Assembly (NCBI GenBank): GCA_951406725.2
Contig: OX597815.1
Span: 100,936,001-101,000,000 of the forward strand
DNA from: Octopus vulgaris
Taxonomy: Eukaryota
Direction of reading: 5' to 3'
DNA length: 64,000 nucleotides
This document shows, piece by piece, positions 20,231 to 33,135 of this stretch (position 1 is its first letter; each line of letters opens with the position of its first letter). The notes under the pieces are model-generated. The model was not told where the DNA came from. It saw nothing but the letters and a program-made list of their open reading frames with translations, and ran no database searches. Made by a program: the position numbers and the translations under genes.

Positions 20231-22452
20231 TAAGCCAACTGGAAGTCGATTGAGAAAGAGATCCTCAAACAGGATTGGCCTGAATGTCTCTCCATACCGG
20301 ACATAAACATGAAACACAAACACTTCATGTCCATAATACAAGCCATATGTGACAAATATGTCCCAATGTGCAGGGCCAGCACACACAAGAATAAAAACAG
20401 GATCCCTAGAGAAAGGAGGATTCTTATGAGACGACGGACAAGGATTGCAAACCGCCTGAGCAAGCACGCCAAAAGTGGTGAGAAGTCTCGGCTCGAAAGA
20501 ATGCTAATGGAAACTGAGAAAAGTCTACATCAGTCCCATGAAAAGGAGAGAGCAGATAAAGAAGCTTGGGTAATAGAAAATATAAAATCAAACCCTAAAG
20601 CTTTCTTTAAGTTTGCCAACAGCCACAGTGCACCAGAAATAGACCTCTCTTCCAAAAAGATGGCTCTCTCACAGGAAATCCCACGAGGATAAGTGAAATA
20701 CTGAACGAACAGTAGTGTTCACTACACCTCTAGGACACAGGCAAGTAAACAACCCAGAAGAATTCTTTGCCACTTTACCAGACACAAACTCGAAGAAGAT
20801 GATATCTGCCATGATGACACTGATGGATTCCCAGCGATCCTTCTCAAATCGTGCAAACGAGCCCTTGCAAAACCGCTACAGCTTCTTTTTCAGAGCTTTC
20901 TTGCAAGTGGTAAGCTCCCAGTCAAACTGAAAGAGGGGGTAATATGCCCTATCCATAAGGGAGGTAGCAGAGCAGATGCTAAAAATTATAGGCCTATCTC
21001 TCTGACCTCACACATCAGCAAAGTCATGGAACGAATAGTCCGTAAGAAACTAATCATGTTCCTTGAAGAAAATGACTTACTGTCTGACACCCAGCATGGA
21101 TTTCGACCAGGTAGAGGCTGCCTAACACAGCTCCTGCAACACTATGACTGGGTGTTGAAACAGCTACTAAATGGCTCAAATGTGGATGTAATATATCTTG
21201 ACTTTGCAAAAGCCTTTGATAAAGTCGACCATGGTATGATCTGTCACAAACTGCGTGGTCTCGGCATAGGCGGGAAACTTGGAGAGTGGCTGCACAACTT
21301 CCTAAAAGACAGAAAACAGGCAGTTGTGAGCAATGGAGCCACCTCCAGGGAAACGCAAATAACAAGCGGTGTCCCACAGGGCACTGTCTTGGGGCCACTG
21401 ATGTTCATAGTGGCCCTTTCAGACATGCCTTCAGTTGCTACGATGACCACCCTTGCTAGCTATGCAGATGACACAAAAGTCTCCCACGCAATACAAAACC
21501 CTGAAAATATTGCGTATCTGCAACATGAGCTGGACACAATATACAGGTGGGCTGAGGACAACAACATGCAGTTTAATGCAGGTAAGTTCCAGGCCCTGCG
21601 CTACTGGCACACAAAGGTAAATGACGTGAAGACTGGATACACTGGCCCAGGAAGAATTGCAATCCCTGAGTCAAAATCAGTGCGTGACCTGGGCATTGAC
21701 ATGAGCAATGATGCATCTTTCCAAATGCATATTGCTAATCTGGTGATAAAATGCAGACGGCTAGCTGGATGGATTCTCCGAACTTTCAGAACAAGAGAGA
21801 AGGAGACACTGATGGTCCTATGGAAAACATTTGTCCTCAGCCGCTTGGACTACTGCTCCCAACTTTGGTCACCACACAATATAAAACAAACAGCAGAACT
21901 CGAAGCAACTCAGAGAAGCTACACAAAGAAAATCGTCTCAATGCAAAATGTCAGCTACTGGGAAAGACTGAAGGTATTAAACCTCTTCTCCCTGGAGCGG
22001 AGGCGGGAGAGATATGCAGTGATATACATCTGGAAAATCCTGGAGGGTCTTGTCCCAAACTTTGGCATTCAAAGTTACTCCAACCGCAGAACGGGGCGCC
22101 GCTGCGTGGTGCCAAGGATTCCAACATCACCATCAAAATACAGGTCCAGATACTGCAACAGCTTGGGTTTCAGAGGACCACAGCTCTTTAACATCCTCCC
22201 TAAATGCCTGAGAGACTTACATGGTGTGGATGTGGGTTTCTTTAAAACTAAACTGGATCTCTTCTTGTTGGGAGTCCCAGATGAACCTACCTCACGACAG
22301 GAGACACGGATGCGGGCAGCAGCATCGAACTCCCTTGTTGATCAAGTGCCACGTATCAGAGGTGGATTCACAAACTAGTGTGGCTCATTCAGCGGTGGTG
22401 CCCCAGCATGGCCGCGGCCTTCGGGCTAAAACATTTTTAAGGATTTAAGGAT
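20231..22452 (+). mobile_element. 5'-truncated CR1-group LINE, related subfamily
   Basis: Open RT and C-terminus (21026-22378) clearly homologous to ORF2; upstream part frameshifted; conserved 3' motif GGTGCCCCAGCATGGCC at about 22397. Confidence 0.93.
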
Positions 22453-23241
<789 letters not shown>

Positions 23242-23389
23242 AAAAGCAATAAAGATTCAAGTTAATTTAAATGAATTTACTTGAATATGGTACCTAACTT
23301 AGATGCACCAAAAAAAAACTATACTGATTTAACAATACAGTAATGTGGGGTGATTATAAGCGAGAATGAAGCAACAAGAATGGATAGGT

Positions 23390-23480
23390 TTTTAGTACGA
23401 TCGTTTCATACAAGGACAGGTTTTATTAAAAGTTGCAAAAATTACAGCATATAAACGTGTCCCGTACTCATCAGCTAAAA
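23390..23480 (-). ncRNA. Minimal type I hammerhead ribozyme motif
   Basis: Minus strand: TTTTAG CTGATGA GTACGGGACA...TGTCCTTGTAT GAAAC GATC GTA CTAAAA; stems I and II pair, short palindromic stem III. Confidence 0.75.
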
Positions 23481-23873
23481 TACATGTGAGTCCTCTAGAC
23501 ATCCTAGTTGTTGAGGCTATACTCATGAAGTAATGTAGATAATTAAGTAACATAAACAGATTTCAGAAGTTCATTAAAGTTCTTTAAAGATGATGTACAG
23601 TCTTATCACAGAATTTACCTAATAGTGCACATATGGATTAGGTCACCTTCTGTGATGCTATTAAGACTTTTTAAAATTCTATAATGTTATAATTATGAGT
23701 ATAGCCTCAACCACTAGGATGTCTAGAACTCACATGTATACAGTCTTATATATATATATATATACATATATACATATACATATATATATATACATATATA
23801 CATCAAATATACATATACATATATATATATATACATATAATAGCATCACAGATATAAAAAAATAAAAAAAAAA

Positions 23874-23936
<63 letters not shown>

Positions 23937-23937
23937 C

Positions 23938-25250
<1,313 letters not shown>

Positions 25251-25277
25251 GATAAACGGATAGACGGATTATCCAGC

Positions 25278-25834
25278 ATGTCCAGAGCATGGAGACGTGA
25301 CGAGCTGGATTTATTCGTACGAGCATGGGAGTGCGCCGGCGGAGATAGCCCTAGGGAGGTGATTGCGGCTGCGCTGAAGAGCAGAGGCTACAAGAGGACA
25401 GCGGCTCAGATGGAGCGAAAGAGACAGGAATTCGTGCGCTCATATGCGCTTGTACGGTCGCACATTGGCGCACTTGATGCCATCTTTGAGAACGAGCGGA
25501 GCAAAGATGGCAAGAATGGAGACGATGAAAGAAGTCACTCCCACCTGGTGGACGCCCGGGAGGAGGTTTTGAATGAGAAACCTGCCCGGGGAAGTGAACC
25601 CAGGTGCAAGTTCTCCAACCGGCAGCAAGGGCCATGGAGACGGAGAACCCGGTGAAGAGGTAGAGGGAGGAAGTAGAACTAAAAGAAGGACTGGAAGAGC
25701 TAAAGGAAAAGAAAAAGCTCAAGCAGGACCAAAGAGTGAAACAACCAGAAATAGAAGTGGATCCGCAAAGGATGGAACCAAACAGCGCACACGGGTGTGT
25801 ATGTTCTACCTGAGTGGTTCCTGCTGGCATGGAA
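25278..25834 (+). pseudogene. Divergent homolog of LINE ORF1 (one frameshift; cut by the assembly gap)
   Basis: RAWRRDELDLFVRAW...IAAALKSRGYKRTAAQMERKRQEFVRSY aligns with the 8215 ORF; VCMFYLSGSCWHG in another frame matches TCKFFRNGTCWHG. Confidence 0.8.
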
Positions 25835-25934
25835 NNNNNNNNNNNNNNNNNNNNNNNNNNNNNNNNNNNNNNNNNNNNNNNNNNNNNNNNNNNNNNNNNN
25901 NNNNNNNNNNNNNNNNNNNNNNNNNNNNNNNNNN
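25835..25934. other. Assembly gap (100 N)
   Basis: Run of N. Confidence 0.99.
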
Positions 25935-26775
25935 ACGTGAGAAGACCAGGCAGGACAAGTGAGCCCAGCCCACTTATGAATGCCTTTCCTCCCTTGGACA
26001 CAAAGACCGGTTGAGGCAAGCGAAGTCGATATAGAACCTCATCCGACGACAGACACCCATGCCAACCCCCCATGCTTGCGAAGACATGTTGGGGCAATCG
26101 AAATCGAAACCGAATTGAACCAGCCAGGATCCCTGGCCTGGTGGTACGTAAAAAGCACTATCCGACTCGTGGCCGTGGCACGTAAAATACTCCAATGCGA
26201 CCGTACGACAGGCACCCATGCCAACCCCCTTTGCTTGTGAAGACATGTTGGGGCAAGCGAAATCGAAATCGAATTGAACCAGCCAGGATCCCTGGTCTGA
26301 TGGTACGTAAAAAGCACTATCCGACTCGTGGCCGTGGCACGTAAAATACTCCAATGCGACCGTACGACAGGCACCCTTGCCAACCCCTTTGCTTGTGAAG
26401 ACATGTTGGGGCAAGCGAAATCCGAATTGAACCAGCCAGGATCCCTGGTCTGGTGGTACGTAAAAAGCACTATCCGACTCGTGGCCGATGCCAGCACCGC
26501 CTCGACTGGCTTCCGTGCCGGTGGCACATAAAATACACCAATCTGACCGTGGCCGTTGCCAGCCCCGCCTGGCACCTGTGCAGGTGGCACGTAAAAAGCA
26601 CCCACTACACTCACGGAGTGGTTGGCGTTAGGAAGGGCATCCAGCTGTAGAAACATTGCCAAATTTAGACTGGAGCCTGGTGCAGCCTTCTGGCTTCCCA
26701 GAACCCCGGTCGAACCGTCCAACCCATGCTAGCATGGAGAACGGACGTTAAACGACGATGATGATGATGATGATG
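25935..26775 (+). mobile_element. RTE LINE 3' UTR with internal ~158-bp tandem repeat and (GAT)n tail
   Basis: GCTTGYGAAGACATGTTGGGGC at about 26074, 26233 and 26391; ends GGACGTTAAACGACGATGATGATG. Confidence 0.8.
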
Positions 26776-27715
26776 CATACATACATACATACATACGTAT
26801 ATACATACATATACATACATACATATACATACATACATATACATACATATATAAATACATACATATACATACATATATAAATACATACATATACATACAT
26901 ATATAAATACATACATATACATACATATATAAATACATACATATATATACATATATAAATACATACATATATACATACATATACATATATAAATACATAC
27001 ATATATATACATATATAAATACATACATATATATACATATATAAATACATACATATATATACATATATAAATACATACATATATATACATATATAAATAC
27101 ATACATATATATACATATATAAATACATACATATATATATATACATATATAAATACATACATATATATACATATATAAATACATACATATATATACATAT
27201 ATAAATACATACATATATATACATATATAAATACATACATATATATACATATATAAATACATACATATATATATACGTACATATACATATATAAATACAT
27301 ACATATATAAATGCATACATATATATATATATATACATATATATACATATACATATATACACATATACATATATACACATATATACATATACATATATAC
27401 ACATATATACATATACATATATACATATACATACATATATACACATATATATACATATACACATACATATATATATACATATACCTACATATATATATAC
27501 ATATACCTACATATATATATACATATGCATACATATATATATATACACATATGCATACATATATATATATACACATATATACATACATATATATACACAC
27601 ATATATATACATGCATATATATACATACATATATATACATGCATATATAAACATACATATATATACATATATATATACATGCATGCATATATATATACAT
27701 GCATATATATATACA

Positions 27716-27763
<48 letters not shown>

Positions 27764-28010
27764 TATGCATACATACATATATATATACATACACACATAT
27801 GCATACATACATATATATATACATACACACATATATATATACATACATATATACATATACATGATGATGGCCGTCCACTCGTGACCGAGGATACATACAT
27901 ACACACACACATATATATATACATACATACATATATATATATATGCATACATACATATACATACATGCATATATATATATATATATACATACACATGCAT
28001 ATATACATAC
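26776..28010. repeat. TACA/TA microsatellite with a ~26-bp higher-order unit
   Basis: Repeated ATACATATATAAATACATACATATAT. Confidence 0.92.
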
Positions 28011-28013
28011 ATA

Positions 28014-28405
28014 TGATGGATGGAAGCACTCCGTCGGTTACGACGATGAGGGTTCCAGTTGATCCGAATCAACGGAACAGCCTGCTCGTGAAATTAACGT
28101 GTAAGTGGCTGAGCACTCCTTCAGACACGTGCACCCTTAACGTAGTTCTCGGGGATATTCAGCGTGACACAGAGAGTGACAAGGCCGGCCCCTTGAAATA
28201 CAGGTACAACAGAAACAGGAAGTAAGAGTGAGAGAAAGTTGTGGTGAAAGAGTACAGCAGGGATCACCACCATCCCCTGCCGGAGCCTCGTGGAGCTTTA
28301 AGGTGTTTTCGCTCAATAAACACTCACAACGCCCGGTCTGGGAATCGAAACCGCGATCCTATGACCGCGAGTCCGCTGCCCTAACCACTGGGCCATTGCG
28401 CCTCC
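28014..28405 (-). mobile_element. tRNA-derived SINE, second family
   Basis: Minus-strand head GGAGGCGCAATGGCCCAGTGGTTAGG (A box)...GGTTTCGATTCCC (B box), followed by about 300 nt of non-tRNA body. Confidence 0.8.
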
Positions 28406-28421
28406 ACTATACATACATATA

Positions 28422-28452
<31 letters not shown>

Positions 28453-29009
28453 ACATATACATACACATATATATATACATACATACACATATATATACAT
28501 ACATACACATACATATATACATATAACTCCAAGAAAGCTAGGGGCCGTGAATCCAACTCACTAAGGGATAATATCTATCCATTATACTGTTGGTAGAATA
28601 CCCAATTATCAATACACAAGTGTTTTTTTTATTGCATTGCAATTACATCACCTAGTGTATTAAATGGGTGAAGATGCTATATGTATGTATGTTATTATAA
28701 TTATCAGTTTAATAAATAAATAAATAAATGAGTTAATATTTTAATGTCCAAAAGATGAACCACCTATTGTTCTCTTCCATTTTCTTATTTACACACACAC
28801 ACACACACACATATGTATATATATATATAGATGAAGCACGGAGTTTTGTCAGTGAACAGATCGTGGTCTCAAAGCGACGAAAATATTTTGACTAATTAAA
28901 TTTAAATGTAGAAGTGAATCTAACGGTTTTTGTGTGTTTCTTAAATGGCTTGTAAACACCTTCCCCGCTGCAATCGTTATATATATATATATATATATAT
29001 AAAATAAAT

Positions 29010-29210
29010 AAATAAATATAAGAGAGTGGTCACTATATTGATCACCCTAGCACCAGTTAATCAAAAGGTTTCAACCACGAAAATACATGTTTCCCATGAA
29101 AGCCAGTACGACTCTGGCTTTCATGGGAAACATGTATTTTCGTGGTTGAAACCTTTGGATTAACTGGTGCTAGGGTGATCAATATAGTGACCACTCTCTT
29201 ATATTTATTT
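29010..29210. repeat. Long palindrome: 97-bp arms, 7-nt loop, one mismatch seen
   Basis: Arms 29010-29106 and 29114-29210. Confidence 0.93.
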
Positions 29211-29328
29211 TGTGAAAATATTATAATATGTTATAAAATATTATAATAATCCAGGTTTCTCGTAGCACTAGGCCACTTGGTGTGGAATAAATATACTATT
29301 AAATTAGTATCTAATTCTCTCACCCTTA

Positions 29329-29391
<63 letters not shown>

Positions 29392-29595
29392 TATATATAT
29401 ATATCTAAGTTATGAGAGGTAATGGTGTCAACAAGACCCAAAGGTGTCAGGTAATGCTTAGTAAGTGCTATGGACAGACTATAGTTATGCTCTAGGTTTG
29501 GTGATTATGCGAATGAGGAGTCCAACGTAGGTCATATATCAGCATATGTATATATATATAAAATTTCAGTATGAGATGAAAATCCAAGGCTGTGA

Positions 29596-29802
29596 AAGAT
29601 TTCAGAACATTTATAAATAGGTCTTACAACTGTTTCCGGGATATTTTATATATCCCTTCATCGGAGACGGTGTGAAAAAATGGTTAAGCAATAGTTATTC
29701 TAGATAAGATATGAATATCTAGAATAACTGTTGCTTAATTATTTTCTCACACCATCTTCAAGAAACAGCTTGAAGACCTATTTATAAATGTTCTGAAATC
29801 TT
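29596..29802. repeat. Imperfect fold-back element containing a degenerate hammerhead (29621-29668, minus)
   Basis: AGATTTCAGAACATTTATAAATAGGTCTT / AAGACCTATTTATAAATGTTCTGAAATCT; minus strand GTCT CCGATGA AGGGATAT..ATATCCCG GAAAC AGTT GTA AGAC. Confidence 0.7.
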
Positions 29803-30418
29803 AAATTCCTTCCAACTATTCAAATTTTCTCACAATTTCACCTGAATATTTTTTCAAAACTGTTGTTTTGACTGAGTTTTGTACACGAAAATTGCACTAA
29901 TGTTTTCGAAAAAAAAATCTCAATAAAGATTGCAAGCTGAAACTATTTGTTTTCATGGTAACTACATTGTATCGTTGGCATAGAACGATGAACCAGTATA
30001 CTTTAATAAATATGTTAGTTATGGGTGAGCTACTTCAATTTCGGATTCTTTCATATAAGATATAACATATATGATCAGCCAATCATTCAGGTCATGCTAT
30101 GTGGTTACTCAATAAGAATATTTAAAAATAACGAGAAGGCGAAAAAAGAAAAAGAAACAATAAGAAATATACTTTGTAATGGGAACTAATTCCGTACTTG
30201 GATGTCAGGTTGTGTCCCTTTAAAACTTTCTTATTTTTTAAAAACCTATTTATATATCATCATTGTTTAACGTCCGCCTTCCATGCTAGCATGGATGGAC
30301 TGTATATATGTGTGCGTGTGTGTGAGAGAGAGAGTGTGTACACACACGCACACATATATATATACATATGTATGTATATATATATATATGTATGTATATA
30401 TATATATACATATGTATG

Positions 30419-30449
<31 letters not shown>

Positions 30450-30454
30450 GTATG

Positions 30455-30485
<31 letters not shown>

Positions 30486-30493
30486 GTATGTAT

Positions 30494-30524
<31 letters not shown>

Positions 30525-30559
30525 GTATTTATATATATATATATATATATATACATATG

Positions 30560-30643
<84 letters not shown>

Positions 30644-30974
30644 ATCCAAACAAGAAAACACAGAAAAAAAGAGAAAAAATGAGAAAAAAACACAGCAACG
30701 CAGGACGTGGAACAATTAAAGTATTATTGACGCTCAGGAAAGAAGGGAATATATATTGGAAGGTTTGGAGATGATGTACAGGTATTTTATATTAGAAGAA
30801 ATGAGGTACTCAGAAATTCGGATGGTTTTATATTTACTGATATTTATTTGTATATTACATGTTTTTATACATCATATAACATATATCATATATATTAGCG
30901 CTTGCGTCTATTCAGGTGGAGTTTTCAAATTGAACAATTTGAAAACTCCACTTAGAAGAAATGAGGTACTCAGA

Positions 30975-31223
30975 AATTGGTGGCATGTAAAAAACACCAT
31001 TTGAGCGTGGCCGTTGCCAGTACCGCCTGACTGGCCCTCGTGCCGGTGGCACATAAAACCACCCACTCCACTCTCAGGGTGGTTGGCGTTAGGAAAGGCA
31101 TCCAGCTGTAGAAACTCTGCCAGATCAGATTGGAGCCTGGTGCAGCCATCTGATTCGTCAGTCCTCAGTCAAATCGTCCAACCCATGTCAGCATGGAAAG
31201 TGGACGTTAAATGATGATGATGA

Positions 31224-31225
<2 letters not shown>
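30975..31225 (+). mobile_element. RTE 3' UTR fragment with (GAT)n tail
   Basis: Matches 26500-26775. Confidence 0.8.
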
Positions 31226-31293
<68 letters not shown>

Positions 31294-31372
31294 GTTAAAC
31301 CAAACATGCAAACACAAAGAGAAAAACTAAAAAAAGATATGCATGTATACATACATATATGTACGCACATTC

Positions 31373-31418
<46 letters not shown>

Positions 31419-31460
31419 CTAGAGGACGTCACAAAATGTAAACAATATGTTATATGAAAA

Positions 31461-31511
<51 letters not shown>

Positions 31512-31613
31512 CAATGAGAGGCTTCCAAATGGGAAAGCATTATGCTAGAACACAAAAAAGGATAAATACACGAAAAGAATGAAAATTAAAAACATTTACC
31601 ATCTCAACTATTT

Positions 31614-31681
31614 CCCAGACCGACGGTTTCTAACTATTTTCAGCAAAAAAGTTTTTGCTGAAGGCCAGTTTCTTCAGTGGG
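31614..31681 (-). ncRNA. Minimal type I hammerhead ribozyme motif
   Basis: Minus strand: CCCA CTGAAGA AACT..TTCAGCAAAAA C TTTTTTGCTGAA..AGTTA GAAAC CGTCG GTC TGGG. Confidence 0.75.
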
Positions 31682-31867
31682 ACAGCCTTAAGAATCCTGA
31701 CATACAGACTGCTAGATCCACATGTAGACCTAACGGTTTGTAAATCCTAACTTTTCAAACCACTGCGCAGATGCAGATTATACCCAGCGACAGAGAGGAT
31801 GCCGGTAAAAATTTTGAACAAATTTATCAAATAATGTTGAACCATTATAATAAATTTATATATATAT

Positions 31868-32071
31868 ACTCTTTTACTTCTTTCAGTCATTTGATTGTGG
31901 CCGTTAGTCAAGTAAATCGACCCCAGGACTTATTCTTTATAAGCCTAGTACTTATTCTATTGGTCTCATTTGCCGAACCGCTAAGTTACGGAGACGTAAA
32001 CACACCAGCATCAGTTGTCAAGCGATGTTGGGGGGACAAACATACACACACACAATCACACACATACATAC

Positions 32072-32113
<42 letters not shown>

Positions 32114-32279
32114 TACAATGGGCTTCTTTCAGTTTCCATCAACCAAATCCACTCACAATGCTTTGGTTGGCCCAAGGCTATAGTAGAAGACACTTGCCCA
32201 AGATGCCATGCAATGGGACTGAACCCAGAACCATGTGGTTGGTAAGCAAGCTACTTACCATACAGCCACTCCTATGCCC
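31868..32279 (-). mobile_element. tRNA-derived CORE-like SINE
   Basis: Reverse complement of the 32744-33135 family. Confidence 0.85.
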
Positions 32280-32462
32280 ATATATATATATATATATACC
32301 GGAGTAAACACATAAATGTGAAACAAGGTGGAAAAAAGAGTACTCAAATACCAGGGGTAGAGTAATATGCTTTATTTAAAAGCAGCAGAAATTCAACAAA
32401 ACCTGTTACTCGGAGCTTCACGTTCCTGTTCGTCGGACAATTTCTGCTGCTTTTAAATAAAG

Positions 32463-32513
<51 letters not shown>

Positions 32514-32516
32514 ATA

Positions 32517-32563
<47 letters not shown>

Positions 32564-32743
32564 ATATATATATATCTAAGAGAACAGCCGAAATTGCGAG
32601 GATGATCTGGTTCTTGACTGAGGAAAGAAAGCTTCAAATGACCCGTCCTTGCTTTTTTTGTATCATCTATCTGAATGTTTTGTTGTCCATTTTTGTATCA
32701 CCTAGTTGTCCAGATGTTATGTGTTCTTGTCGCATTTTGGAAT

Positions 32744-33135
32744 AGGTGCAGGAGTGGCTGTGTAGTAAGTAGCTTGCTTACCAACCACATGGTCCCGGGT
32801 TCACTCCCACTGCGTGGCACCTTGGGCAAGTGTCTTCTACTATAGCCTCGGGCCGACCAAAGCCTTGTGAGTGGATTTGGTAGATGGAAACTGAAAGAAG
32901 CCCGTCGTATATGTGTACATATATATATATATATGCGTGTGTGTGTTTGTCCCCCTAGCATTGCTTGACAACCGATGCTGGTGTGTTTACGTCCCCATAA
33001 CTTAGCTGTTCGGCAAAAGAGACCGATAGAATAAGTACTGGGCTTACAAAAGAATAAGTCCCGGGGTCGAGTTGCTCGATTAAAGGCAGTGCTCCAGCAT
33101 GGCCGCAGTCAAATGACTGAAACAAGTAAAAGAGA
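32744..33135 (+). mobile_element. Full-length tRNA-derived CORE-like SINE
   Basis: A box TGGCTGTGTAG, B box GGTTCACTCCC, CORE-like CCTTGGGCAAGTG, central TA/TG tract, LINE-like tail GTGCTCCAGCATGGCCGCAGTCAAATGACTGAAACAAGTAAAAGAG. Confidence 0.88.

Noticed and set aside
28325-28405. tRNA gene
   Set aside because: It has A and B boxes but continues into a SINE body with no clear acceptor stem or terminator; treated as a SINE head.
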